From assembly GCA_053919585.1 (NCBI GenBank), contig CM132794.1: 64,000 nt of DNA. One strand, given 5' to 3'. Below are positions 36,466 to 49,943 of this stretch, piece by piece (the first letter of the stretch is position 1; each line of letters starts with the position of its first letter). Both the position numbers and the translations under genes were made by a program. The notes beneath the pieces were generated by a model, which saw only the letters and a list, made by a program, of their open reading frames with translations, did no database searches and was not told the origin of the DNA. The DNA is from Euprymna scolopes. Its lineage: Eukaryota.

Positions 36466-38039
36466 CTTAGATAAATACTTTTGCAGTTTTAACAAAAGAG
36501 TTATAATAATATCAGAGTGTTCCATTTACGCTGAACATCTACAGAATGCCAACATCAATATATTACATATGAATCAGTCCCCTGTGGAATTTCCGATATA
36601 CCAATAGCAAAGTTGTATTTTATTATTTTTAGTTAAGTTCCTGTAAAAGGTACGAAAATACATTTTAAGTAAAGAACGTTAAATGTTTTGTTTGATCAAA
36701 TTTGATATAACTTTCTTTGCTTGATATCCATCAGTATCCCATTGGTCAAACGAGTCTTCAATTATTGCCATTTACGGATGAAAATAATTCGAGAAATTCT
36801 CCAGTATTCGTTTTGTTAGAAGAATCAATATTGTCTTGGTTTTAATTTGAAGAATTCTAGGCACTTTATTGAAATTTAGTTTGCCCTTCTCACTGATTTC
36901 TTAGAGTCCCAGTGATTAGATAACAAGAATTTTAATTCTTAAACCCTTAGGTATTACGTGAGTCAGCCTATAAAACCCTTGTAAATTGTTCGCCGACCTC
37001 TTATCGAACACAGTAGGACAATAGCAACCTTTGATGACAAAAGCCCTCGACGGCAGTCACTGATTATCCTCACACTTATTAATCGTTACGCCTTCATCTC
37101 GTTGACTATTTCTCAACAAAACCCTAGGCGACCGCTAGAAGTCAACCATCGTTCATCCTCGAACCTCCACTTGCATCACAACAAAAATCCACACAGAAAA
37201 GCTTTTAATCCCACACGACAAGAGCTTGTACCTATTACTAGAACTCACTATCCAGATACGTTCTTGAAAAGCACGTTTTCACAAACCTAACACCTTCGTC
37301 TTTTCAGAACAATCACGTTTTTCTTGTATTATATACCATTTTTTGTTCACCTAGTAAAATTTATCTGAAACATTATACACACTTATCGTGTTGCTTCTCA
37401 CAAAACCTGTCATTCGCTATATTTCAGTTTCAGAGCTTATCCACAGAATTGTTTCCGCATTCTCATGTGCGAGAATTGAACGTTTTTTTTTCCATGGTAA
37501 AATTAATTGTGTTCATCATCCAAAATTTTGCTAAAACATAAGACGTGTAAACATAAGACCAGTGTAAATACACGCTGTTTCAGCGAATATTAGCTTTTCT
37601 GTCCGATTTTTCATAGTGTGTAAACTCTATCTGATCGAAACGCAATATTGAGGCCAACGCAACGTTAATAAATAATACGACCGAACGGACCGGATCGATC
37701 AAAATTATGCATCGTTTATCATACAAAACATTGTTATTCCTTGTTTGATATTTTTGTTAAATTTTTCCATTCAGAAACACGATTTTGTGTACTATTTCGA
37801 CCAAAAAATAGCAAAAATACGAAAAAAAAAAACAACAAAAACAAAAAAAACGAAAAAAAAACTATTTTGTTTTTAATTTTATATAAAAACTCCGCATTAT
37901 TCGAATTCTTCGGACTGCGATTCTTTTCCAACCAAACTAATTATTATGGCATTTTACCCTCGCAATTTTCTTCTAAAATGTTGCAAACATGTGTATATGT
38001 GAACGAAAACGTAAAAAATGTGGTCATAGCTAAAAAATT

Positions 38040-38142
38040 TGACATGATTAAGCAAAAACAATGTGATTTTTGGAATCAGCGTATCAAGTTCTTCCTAAAT
38101 GAGCTGAAAAAATGCAGACCGCAAATTTGTTGTTGACCAGTA
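38040..38142 (+). mobile_element. DNA transposon terminus (possibly Chapaev3-type); second copy at 50180-50292
   Basis: Shared ttgacatga.taagcaaaa...tgtgatt..tgga.tcagc...aaatttgttgttga.cagt end. Confidence 0.45.
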
Positions 38143-38509
38143 ATATCTAACCGCATATTGGACTAAAATTGTCTCGGTCAATCATACCTGATAACCGCAT
38201 GGCCTTAGAAAATCCTATCTGTACTTAACACTCAAAATGCGGTATAAATAATTGGGTTGGACCAAAATGTTATGAAAGCATATCCCGTTATTGTAAAGGT
38301 AATGTTTTAATCTTTATAAAATTATTCGCCGGAAAAAGGGTTATTAAATTCTTTAAACACACGAGAATTTACCAGGAATCAAACAGTTTTTCTACGCATT
38401 AGCCAGTCACAAGCAACTCAAAGGTAAGGGTTAATGAATTTGTTAGGAGGACTTTGAAACAGACAGCGTGATGTTTGGTAACGGTGGTTGAAACTAGGCA
38501 GAATTTAAT

Positions 38510-38950
38510 TATTCAGAAGGACAGCTTAACAAGAAATTGTTTACATTAGAATTCAAAACGAACCTGTTGTAGTTAGCTGAGAAGTTCTTAAAAAGAAAAC
38601 GTTTTATGCACACAAAGATTGAAAACATTTTTACCGTAGTTGTTGTGGATATTGTACACGATGAACCATGGACGTCCATCGAACACCTACAAAGAAAATA
38701 ACGATAAAGTAGAGAAAGACTAACAAGTTCTCTTCCCCGATAAGGCTCTTTATAGGAAGAGAAGATTGTACCCACTACCAGATTTCGAAGTCAGTTTAAT
38801 GATTTCCTTTTAAACAGCTCCAAGGTCCCCAAATTATTTTCAACGTAAATGGCTTCATACGTTATTCGGCTGGCGTTTAACTGTTAATTGCAATCTACAG
38901 GTGACGGTGGAAACTCCAGCTGCATGTAGCCACCTGTGTGGACTACGTCA
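38510..38950 (-). mobile_element. Old CR1/L2-group LINE remnant
   Basis: Minus strand RELVSLSLLYRYFLCRCS, similar to RRNVASLCLFYKYFNGECS of the 29056 element. Confidence 0.55.
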
Positions 38951-39939
38951 CTTCCCTCTAATATATCGCGTGACTTGTTTAGCCATCAACGACTTAGTAT
39001 CTCTCAACTATACTTCAACCAGAAAGCAACAAAGCCATTGTCACTGATTTGTGTAATCTTTTTTTTTTTTTTTCATATTAGGATATACTGGGCAACTAGA
39101 TAGGTATATAGATCAATAGATAGATAGATAAGTTGAAATATGCATGGATAGAAAGAGAGCGAGAGAGAAAGAGAGAGAGAGAGAGAGTGAGGAGGATGAG
39201 GAGGAGGAGGAGGTGGCATTTAATAACAAAATTCATCAGACATCAAAATGCATCTTTCCCTACGTACTCCAAGGTTAAAAAATAATGCACGTCATACGCA
39301 CAACCAACTCATTTTGATTTCATAAACGAGTCATAATTGGATATTTTTCTTCTGACAAAAAAGGCACCAGAGTCTAAGCTATTACTGAGATAGCTTGTTA
39401 TCTGTGGGCTGGGGTGTATGGTGCTGTGTCATGTGCAGTTCTAGAAGGTCCTCCTTCTCAGGATTTGTCTTCTCACCATTTGAGAAGGAGTTTGTTTAAT
39501 GATAATTGTTTGAAGCCCTAATATCAGAGAACAGCAATGGGGAGGCACAGAAATGTTTTGTGGAATATAGTGTTCTTTCTCTAGAGTATTGGCTTTCGAA
39601 ATACCGCCTTCCCGAACTTGTCTCACAAAATCGGGCCGTGGGAGGGAGATGAACATTAATAACGACATCTTTTAAGCCAAACAAAACATCTCCAGTTTTG
39701 TATTATCACCTGCACTGGTTATACAATGACGCTTCAGCTAACGATCTCTCTATCCCTTAAACCCTCATTTCTTGCATATTGAAATTCTCATTCATCTACA
39801 ACTTATTTGAGTTATTCGGACAAATTTTCTCATCTTGAGTGTTATAATTAAAACGTTCCCCTTGATATAACTTTCGACTGTATTCAAGTATGTCTTGTCG
39901 AAATCGGGAATCGCATTACTGAACTCGGGAATCTGCATT

Positions 39940-40095
39940 GAATTTCGAGGTGGCATGCTTTCATTCCGTCAGCCACGACCGAGTAGAAGTTTCAAGTAAT
40001 TCTTAGTATCGCCCTCACTAAGGATTGAACTTTCAACGTCTAGGAGAGTATTACTTACAACTGAATTTAAACCAGTATTTTATCCGCTACGCTAC
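39940..40095 (-). mobile_element. tRNA-derived SINE; related fragment at about 22665-22790 (+)
   Basis: Minus strand A box TAGCGTAGCGG and B-box-like AGTTCAATCC. Shared gttgaa.gtt.aatcctt.gtg...gatac and tggctgacg..catgc. Confidence 0.4.
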
Positions 40096-40917
40096 TGATC
40101 CTTCTATTTGATCATGACTAACGGAACGAGAGCAAGGTATCCTCGCAGATTAAATAAAAGTTTGCGCACGAAATTCCTTGAGATTCTCGATGTCAACAGA
40201 AAGATTCTCGATTTCGCAAGATACAACCGAAGAAAGTTAGTTCCATCAACTGAAACGTAGTGAGAATAATACTCAAGATGAGAACAGTAGCACGAATAAT
40301 TCAAATCATCAAATTAACGGATCGTCATCTCAAAAATTCAGAAACAAAATATTTTAACTTGCAATTGTACGATTATCCAACATAAATACTCGGAACAAGT
40401 GCCTTTGCATCCTTTCATAGCATCCAATTAAAATATGCAATCCATAAATCTTCAGGGACATCCGTATTTGATCACAAAATACCAATATAAGCCCGGCTAG
40501 TAGTGCTTTCAGCCTAGACTCCATTTGGTCGTCAGAATCTTCATAACCGATATGTCTTAAGTCCGACATTACTTGCTCACATCCAATAACCTAAAAGATC
40601 AATTTCTCTTTCGTTCTGAAAAAGAATATTCTTCTTTCCAAATTCCTAATTGTAAACCAGTATTTCTATCGCAAGCTTCTATGTGATTTTCTGAAAGGCT
40701 ACCGTAGAGTAACTAATATACAAGCTCAAGCAAAACACTTTATCTAAAATTTTACAAAAAAATATTCGGAACTTTTTTGCATCTAACAACTAAACAATAT
40801 TAACTTCATCAGGAAGTGACAAAATTGTGATCCAGAAAACAAAATATCATACATTCTAAAAATGAAAACGAACGCACATGACTAAAAATATTAGAACAGC
40901 TTTAAATTATATACGTA

Positions 40918-40954
<37 letters not shown>

Positions 40955-41026
40955 CGTATATATAGGTAGCTATTGCTTATATATATACATTGCGTATATA
41001 TAGGTATATATTACGTATATATTACG

Positions 41027-41057
<31 letters not shown>

Positions 41058-41059
41058 AT

Positions 41060-41546
41060 CTCATAATTAAGTAATTTAAATTTTATGATGTGAAACGGTT
41101 AAATTTCAAATCTAGAATTTTTATTATATGCAAGACAAAGAATACATTTTAATAAGTATATTTCTTTAACCTATAGGTTTTCGATGTTTACCCATCTCCT
41201 CAGAGGAAAAAATATTAGTAAATATCATAAATGGTTTATACCTTATTTGCTAAATGTAATAAACATAGAACATCATAATTAAAAGTTTTTAAAGCGTAAA
41301 AACATTTAAAAACTTTAAAAACTTTTAATTATAATTTTCTATGTTTATTGTATTTAGCAAATTAGGTATAAATCATTTATAATATTTGCTAATACTTTTT
41401 CCTCTGGGGAGATGGGTAAACATCGAACACCTATAGCTTAAGGAGATATACTTATTGAAATGCATTCTTAGTCTTGCATATAATAAAAATTCTGGATTTG
41501 AAATTTAACCGTTTCACATCATAAAATTTGAACTACTAAATTATGA
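41060..41546. repeat. Foldback palindrome (arms about 240 bp)
   Basis: tcataatt..aaattttatgatgtgaaacggttaaatttcaaatc versus its reverse complement ending ..taaattatga. Confidence 0.85.
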
Positions 41547-41859
41547 TTTATTTGCTCTATCTGGTATATTGAGCAATTTTTATTTAGCTGGGAATGTCTT
41601 TATAAAATATTACAGCCAATAATATTTTGGAAGACCGATAATCACCGGATTTGCATACTAATATTGNNNNNNNNNNNNNNNNNNNNNNNNNNNNNNNNNN
41701 NNNNNNNNNNNNNNNNNNNNNNNNNNNNNNNNNNNNNNNNNNNNNNNNNNNNNNNNNNNNNNNNNNNNNNNNNNNNNNNNNNNNNNNNNNNNNNNNNNNN
41801 NNNNNNNNNNNNNNNNNNNNNNNNNNNNNNNNNNNNNNNNNNNNNNNNNNNNNNNNNNN

Positions 41860-42050
41860 AGAGCTCTTTCGGCTATCATCTCGTCAGGAGTAAATCGATA
41901 GCAATCTAAATAATATTGTAACGAAAATAAAGAGTTCTATTGGGGAACTTATTAAATGTGCCAAATAGAACTCTTTATTTTCGTTACAATATTATTTAGA
42001 TTGCTATCGATTTACTCCTGACGAGATGATAGCCGAAAGAGCTCTCGAGA
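41860..42050. repeat. Perfect ~82-bp-arm palindrome with a hammerhead-like motif in each arm
   Basis: agagctctttcggctatcatctcgtcagg / cctgacgagatgatagccgaaagagctct. Motif ctc-CTGACGA..GAAA-gagctc-TC-gag at 42015-42049. Adjacent to a gap. Confidence 0.75.
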
Positions 42051-42100
42051 AACTTCCGCCTAGTATTTTATTTAAAACTATATACAAATTCTGTACCTCT

Positions 42101-42186
<86 letters not shown>

Positions 42187-42314
42187 GCAAGTCTAGATTA
42201 AAGATATACAGATAGGTTTAATAAAATAATTATACGCACATGTCTAATTTGTTTTAGCCAAAAAATATAAGCACATGCTTAATATATATATTATTTAAAC
42301 ATGTGCTTATATTG

Positions 42315-42698
42315 CACTGGTGATTCCCGAAATGATGAAACACAAGTGTCTGAAGGTATTTAATAATTATTATAATAAATAATTATGTCAGTCCCTTTAA
42401 AAACTCGTTTCTTATCGTTGAGCACTTTCAGTTGAATTAAAGTCGGTCAATTTATGCGCAGATCAGCATATACTGATTAGATCACTCCGACAGACGTTAA
42501 AAAGCATTGAAAAATAAATGTTTAAATTTAAATGCATTTCTCGCGATTAACGGTAACCGAATGGATTAAGTCCTTGCTAATGAAGCTGTCACCGGGTTCG
42601 AATCTATCGATTAGTGCTGATCATAACACCCTGAACTGATGACTTCCGAAAGGATGAAACACTAGTGTCTGAAGGTATTTAATAATTATTATAGTAAA

Positions 42699-42705
<7 letters not shown>
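42315..42705 (+). mobile_element. Second copy of the 12593 retrozyme-like element (319-nt monomer)
   Basis: Hammerhead repeats with GTC ending at 42350 and 42669. A box TAACCGAATGG and B box GGGTTCGAATC. Ends in (TA)n. Confidence 0.7.
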
Positions 42706-42734
<29 letters not shown>

Positions 42735-43688
42735 AGATTTAAATTAAATCATTTACAAATAGGTTTAAATAAATGTATAAATATAAAAATTATATATACA
42801 TTACTGATGAGACGATTCCAATATTTTTCCCGATTCAGATACAATTACCGCATCTGTGTCTGATTCTTTCTAAGCCTGTAAACTATGACGTTGTTATTTT
42901 TGCTGATTACCGTAAAAGCAGACGTTAAATAAGCAGATATTTTCTCAATACACTTGTGAGGGATGATATATAGATTTTAACTTAATTATTTGTTTAAAAT
43001 AATAAATATTTATTATGTTATTATTACTATCAACAGTGGAAGATTTTGTCTCAAATAAAAAACAGCAATTAAGAGTCGTTTTTTTTTGCAATCGAAAAAT
43101 AGGCACAGATTTTTAGGAATCCAATACCGATTCCGATGCTTCCAAAAGTTCCGATTTTTCTGTTCGCGATTCCAATTCCGATTAATCGTCGCGACAAATT
43201 GTCTAAATTTATAAGAAAAATATACGAAACAAGTCTAAATGAAACTATTATACGCACATTTTAAAATATCAATCTATAGTACGTCTAAACAAAAGGTATA
43301 CGCATGTGTTTAAATAAAAACGGATACACATATCTAAAAATTAAATAATCGCAATTCTTCAATCAAACAATAAAACTAAAGATTTTCAATAAAACACAAA
43401 GAAGTGTCTAATAAATAAAGCAGTCTTTACAACCGATAAGGTAAAAATAATGTTTGTTCATGTGCGTACTCAAGTGTTCGAAAATTACATTACTAGATGT
43501 ATGCATGACCCGTTGGGTCACAATTACTAACACTTTCATATTTTGATTTAGATCGACAACTTATAAACTGTTAAATATCCTTCTTGCATAACTAAAAAAA
43601 ATAAGTTAATTTTCAGAAGAATAATAAAGGTAAAGTGACTTATTATTTTCCTCTATTATATATTATTATTATTTTTTTCTATAATATA

Positions 43689-44198
43689 CTAGCAAAGGTA
43701 GGGGCTCGGTCCGGGGGTAAAATATGCTTAAATATGATATTTTATTTTGTCCAGATTTCGTATATATTATTACATAGTCTTTTTTTTTTTTTTTTTTTTA
43801 CACAGAGATCACCACTTATCAAGGCCCGGAAGCCACTCAGGGATTTCAAAAGTAAAAAAAAAGTACTTGGGTGCAATGTAGTATTCAAAGCTGGTGACGT
43901 TACCACTATACCAACGTGACACGCCTATGAACTGTTTAAAAATTAAAAATAAACTAAATTGAATATACAAAATGTATAACGATTTTTTTTCAATTTTAAC
44001 CGATTTTTGACCCCTTAAAATCTATTTTAACCGATTTTTGACCCCTTAAAATCTATTTTAACCGGCTAAAGACTCATAAAAGAACGGCCCGTAAAAAAAT
44101 CTAATCATTTGAGGTTCCTAGCGCCGCTATTCGACTTTTAGATAGAGTTTGAAAATATGGAGACAGACAGATATACATATAGCCTTTTATATATTAGA
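43689..44198 (-). mobile_element. Non-autonomous Helitron-like element
   Basis: CTAG-caaagg end at 43689. Minus-strand A|TCTAATATATAAAAG start. Confidence 0.5.
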
Positions 44199-44207
44199 TT
44201 AATGTTT

Positions 44208-44502
44208 GCGTATGGCATAATCGTGTTGACGCACCGGTTCCTGTTAGATTACCGAAGTTAAGCAACGCTGAGCCTGGTAAGTACTAAAATGAGTGACTAT
44301 TTCGGAATTCCAGCTGCCATAAGTTCTCTCCGCTTACCTCGGCATTGTTTCCAGTCGTCCTGGACTTCTACTTGCCACTGGACTCATGTAGACTCAAAAG
44401 TGGCATGTTGGTGATTGCGCAACTCTTGCCTCACAATTAAATGCGCAGCTACCCTTACGAGGGGGTATCCATTGTCTCTTGAGACTGAACGGAGACATCA
44501 AT
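44208..44502 (+). mobile_element. 5S rRNA-derived SINE (SINE3-type) with TSD
   Basis: 44208-44324 aligns by eye with 5S rRNA (caccggttc..gat.accgaagttaagcaacg..gcctggt.agtact..atg.gtgac). About 180-bp non-5S body. TSD attaatgtttgc at 44198-44209 and 44503-44514. Confidence 0.75.
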
Positions 44503-45888
44503 ATTAATGTTTGCTATGTATACAGACAATTAGTAAAATAGATGGCAACGTTGAAAAACGAGAGTCACTCTTTCTCAGAATGTTCATTACAGCTAATTGG
44601 AACAATAAAAACAGTATTTTCCCTCAAACATAACTCATCCGCAGAACTGAAGTATATTTTAGCTTTTATTTTATCTGATTGAAGTGAACAGGAAAAATGT
44701 TTTATGTAAGTAAACGTTCACTGCACCAGCTTTAATAAAATACTCTATGTTACTATGCTATTTGTTTATTTGAATGCCTATTACAACATTCTGTTTGTTT
44801 TTCTTTTCTTTTCTTTCTGTAATTTAATTCGCTAAACAATACCTTTTAGTTAAAAATTTAACGTATGTGTCTGACAAAGTTATACTCTCTCAACGTAAAT
44901 ATCGCCAACTAACTCGACGAGCAGAAAAATCACACCTCTTCAGTGGATACCAGAAAGGTTTTCTACTCTAATTTCTGCATGTTAGTAAAGTCGAGGAAAA
45001 AGAAATATGGCGGGAATTCCAAAATCTAGTAGTTCAAAGAACGTAACTTCTCTCAAACTGTTAAACATTGGAAATCCTTCCCTGTATCCTGCTTCGCTGA
45101 CTACTAAGATGCAATAATTTTAATGTAATGCAGACAAACTTTTCGCTGCTCAACTCTCTACAACAAATAATAACCCTCTTGAGTTCAAGTGAAAACTTGC
45201 CTTGTTTTGAGTATATAAGAGTACAAACCAGTATTACTCTTCTATTATCTTCTTATTTTTTTAAACAAATTTGTCTAATCCAACAGGTGCTTGCGTAATA
45301 TTAGAATTTTATTTACAGTTTTTTTTAGCAAATTTTTCTTGGCCATTCTTTCACTTTTGCTTTTTCTTTTCATGTTTTTCTATATCTTTTTCAAATTTAT
45401 TTCCCGGGCTCTATCGTTTCTACATGGCATATCTTGCCACTTTTCAATTCCATGTAGAAGAAAGGATTGAAAAGAGATGACCTATGAACCTTGATTCGCC
45501 ATGTGTTGTATAACGGGTTCGATTTCATTTGAGGAAATGATCAGTTTATAGGCTTCTTTTGTTTCTGCCAATCGAAATCTGTCTCACGTCGATAACATCG
45601 TTATGAAGGGCTTTTCTTTTCTGTATATCCGGATTGAAAAGCACCGGCCATTCGTACAGAAAATATGTAGTTCTTTATTAAATTTCTGGGCACATATTTT
45701 CGAGTTTCGAGTAAAGTTAGAGAAAAGGTGAATGAGAAAGAATGAGAAAAAGGCAAAAAAAACAAAACAAAATAAAAACAAACAACAAAAAAACAAAACA
45801 AAAAAAAACACACAAAAACAAAATAAAAAAAACAACAAACAAACAGAAAAAGAGATAATGAATAAGTGTTATATAATAAAGGTAGAAA

Positions 45889-45925
<37 letters not shown>

Positions 45926-47382
45926 GGGGGGGAGAGATGTAGTGAACTTTTTGCTTTTTAGATTTATTACTATATTTCTAATTAAAATTCAAGACGAATA
46001 TTCCTACGCGAGTAATTTACCCTTTCTACCTTTTCGCTCCCACCTAACAACCGTTAATTTTAAATTTCTTATCCATTTCATCTTCGACCTGTGACCCGGT
46101 GACATGCTCAAGAGATCTTCGCAATATAAAATTTATACTAAATCTCCCCCGTCTATATAATGTGCATTTTATATATCATATCTTTGTCTGTATGTATAGT
46201 ATACATAGTTCATGTTTGTATCATTAAACTCTCTGTATCGTCTCGTGTTTGTATATATTCCGGTGTTGTCACTTGTCAATGCGTGCGTGTGTGCGTGTGT
46301 GTGTTTTATACATTCAAATGAACAAAGTAAATATATGCATCATTCATTCAACAGTTCACAAGAAGCATTCATTTTAAGATGACGGACACAGTTCTTTATT
46401 AAACAATAAACAGACGCGCGGGAAAGTTTTTTTTTTATACCGGACTGCTAAATTTAATCCTAGTACGCGGTTGTGAGTGTAATAACTTTTATACGTGCGT
46501 GGCGCACAGACAAAAAGGAAACGTACTTTCTTTTTTCTTCCTTCCTAGTGATTGAAACGCTATGAAGAAGATACTTCCTACTGAAGGAAGTACCAAATAA
46601 CAGGATTTATTTTACATAACTATTTCTACGTACCCACGCTTCCTTTGGAGTCTGCAGACGTATCCTTATATTCTACACCTTGCTATATCACCCGATATAC
46701 TCCCGTGGAGGTAAAAAAAATGACGGCTGATCACCGATCCAATCTTCGGTATACTCACTCTCTTTACGTAAACAGATCAATCGCGTTGTTTATTATTTTG
46801 CTGACCTAAATTCCAAGTCCTTTATTCTTGTAACTCTGTAAATATTTTGTTGCGATTTAAAAATATTTTACTTATTAATTAGTTCCAAATTTGATTATTG
46901 TTTCAAATATATATATCTTGTAACATTCTTACTCTATTGAAATATTTTATATTTCAATAACATCGTACATTAGTTCAATCGTCCATCGATATCTGCAGTT
47001 TCATGGAAACACTGGAAATCCAGTCTGCAGGGTTCTAATATATAGCATCTGTATGTCTCTTTCGAACTAAATCAAGTCACACAGTAGTGTATTGGTATTA
47101 AGTATGACACTAATAATCAACATTCAGAATTAATGTAAGTCGGAGAGTAATAGATCTCGAAAGGTGAACAGATAATTTAGTCAAGCATTTGTAAGCAAGA
47201 AATCCTTTTAGAATATCCGATTTATGCACAGAATTATATCTGATGTGCTACATCAGGATTCATTTCACATGGATCAATCTGGAAGTTGGATACAAGAGTT
47301 TTAAATTAATGGATGCTGGCAAGAGACAGGAAAAAGTAAATATTTTAGGTTAGTGCAAAGATTTTTATCGGTTTGTAAAATA

Positions 47383-47848
47383 TTAGCAGGCCGTCCGTTC
47401 ATAAAAAATGCATAAATATTATATATTTTAATTCATAAAGAAACTGAGATATGTGCATACGAGTATTATGGTTCGAGCTAGGACCGAAACCAAAACCTAC
47501 AGACAGTGAGCCAAGTACTATAACAATTAAGCCAGCCTGACACGATCTTCAAAAAATGTCTTCAAACCCACTTATTCTTAACATAAAGAATTTGTCATGC
47601 GAATCATTCACGCGCGCGCATCCGTGAAACAGTTGACAAACAGATAAAAATCCAATGATCCCCACGTAACAATTTTTAAATTTTGACTCTTTGGCAGCCA
47701 TTTTTCTCGATTGAAAACCGATTAAAATGTTTTTCACATGCCCGAAAACCTAATATAGCAAATTTCAAGTCTGTAAATCAAAAATTCGTTGAGTATATAC
47801 ATTGAGAAATGTCCTCACACACATTCCCATTTTTAAAGATATATAGAT
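47383..47848 (-). mobile_element. Degenerate Helitron-like element
   Basis: ttagcaggccgtccg..gcataaa..ttttaattcataaaga, as in the 27586 element. Minus-strand ATCTATATATC start. Confidence 0.45.
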
Positions 47849-48698
47849 TGTAATTTATTTCATGCATATACCTGATTACCTTTTCATTTTTGTTTTAATG
47901 TCTATTATTATATTCAATTTGTTTATGTTTTATTTACGTTATTTTCATTTTGAAAGCAATATTTTAGCTAACAACGAGCTGCATATACCCAGCGTAGCCA
48001 GGATGAAGAATATTGGCGGCCGGAATAAGATACACTAAATACCTTAACTTGTTACGATTTTCCTGACTGTGGACCACATTTTGGATTTATTGAAGCATAA
48101 AACACAAACAGGAAATAACCTTCATAGCTTAAAGGGGAAATAACTCTCACAGCCCCAAAAGATAAACCTACTTCCGTTTTTAAAGGCAGCTAGTGTCGGG
48201 TAATAATAATTGAAAATAAAATAAATATTAATTAAATTTAAAAACAAATGAAATAGCCAACTTTAAATAATATTTCTAAATAGAACAATTAAACAATTTT
48301 ATTACAACAAACATTAACATTGAGCTAATTATTAAAATAGATTTTATTTAATGTAATATGCAAATGCAAATGAGCTTACTTCTTGAGCGTAGAATTCGTT
48401 TTAATAAATAGTATATTTATAGAAATAGTGCTGAACGAAAGTGTGTAAACGCTTTCAGTATGAAAAATAATTTGTAAAACAGTATACATTTTGTAGATAT
48501 TAATCACATTATGAACAAACAGACAATAATACGATTTAATTATAATAGATGTCACGCGTGCGTACGACAATGTCTATTTAAACACGTGCGTATATATTTT
48601 TCTTTAGACGCGCGTATAATTTGTTATTTAAACATGTATGTATAATTGTTTTATTTAGATATTTGCGTATACTTTTAAAAATTTAGGTATGTGCATAT

Positions 48699-49353
48699 AT
48701 GTCAAGTGTGTGAGTTCATATAGAAACATTGATTTAATTTGAATAAAATAAAATATGTATCAAGTGCGCTTGAAAGCCAAATTACAACGTAATATTAGGA
48801 AAATAAACAAATATTTTACTTGTTTAAAATTTATAACAAATATATTTCAGAGGTATACTCCATTTTCAGTGTGTTGGTTTGTTTCTTTTTTCTTTTCTTC
48901 TTCCTTGCCATGTTGTAAAGTGGGACAACGAAAAGTCTGTTTGTAAAGAGCCGCGTGTTGTATCTCAGCAGTTGTATTTTGAAATGTTTGAACTGTGTGT
49001 GATTTGGCTTTCAAGCGCACTTGATACATATTTTATTTTAATCAAATTAAAACAGCGTTTCTGTATGAACTCACGCCCTTGACATTATTCTCACGTTACC
49101 TACGCACGGTTCAAACATTTCAAAATACAACCGCTGAGATACAACGCGTGGCTCTTTACAAACACACATTTCTTTCTCCAACTTTACAACATGGCAAGAA
49201 AGAAGAAAAGAAAAACAAAAAACAAAACAACATACTGAAGATGGAGTATATCTCTGAAATATATTTGTTATAAATTTCAAACAAGTAAAATATTAGTTTA
49301 TTTTCCTAATATTACGTTGCGATTTGCCTTTCAAGCGCATTTGATACATATTT
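48699..49353. repeat. Nested inverted duplication (A-B-A'-B'-A' partial)
   Basis: 48699-48785 is inverted at 48998-49085. 48750-48996 is inverted at 49104-49353. Confidence 0.8.
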
Positions 49354-49619
49354 ACATAGTAGCCCGATCTCTCTCATCTTTCTCTCATCTATTTTTCCCA
49401 GATAAAGCGACCCATTTTAAAGTAGCTCAATCCGCTCTAATCTTTCTCTAATTAATTTTTTTCAGATTCAACAGCCCACTTAAAAGTAGCCCAATTTCTC
49501 TAATCCATCTTTTAACGACCAATTGACACCAAAAGACAAAATGCAATTCTTTTTCCAACAAGATGGCGTTACATGATACACGTCTCACAGATCACTGACA
49601 TGAGTTCATGACGTTTACT

Positions 49620-49943
49620 GAAGAGAGAACAATAAGCAAAAGGTTATGGCCACCACGTACCCCGGACTTGTCATCATCTGGTTTTTATCTTTGGGTGACT
49701 AAAACAAAAGGTTTACGCAAATAATCCTCACAATCTAGACCAACTAAAGGAGAACATTACCAACACTATCAGGAGAATTAGCAGAGAAGATCTACGAACA
49801 GTTTCTGCAAATGATGTTACGTGCCCAGAAATGCATAAATGTCAACGGGGAGCACTTTCAGCATCTTTTATAAAATTACAGGTAATTTAAACAATAAAAG
49901 AATGTTCCTCCTCTCTACTACATTTTAAGTTGGCCACCCCGTA
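49620..49943 (+). mobile_element. Tc1/mariner (DD37D/DD41D-type) 3' fragment with right terminus
   Basis: WPPRTPDLSSSGFYLW..KQKVYANNPHNLDQLKENI..QKCINVNGEHFQHLL*. Ends aagttggccaccccg-ta. Confidence 0.75.

Noticed and set aside
44208-44324. Functional 5S rRNA gene
   Set aside because: Many substitutions, no T-run terminator, and it is embedded in a TSD-flanked longer insert.
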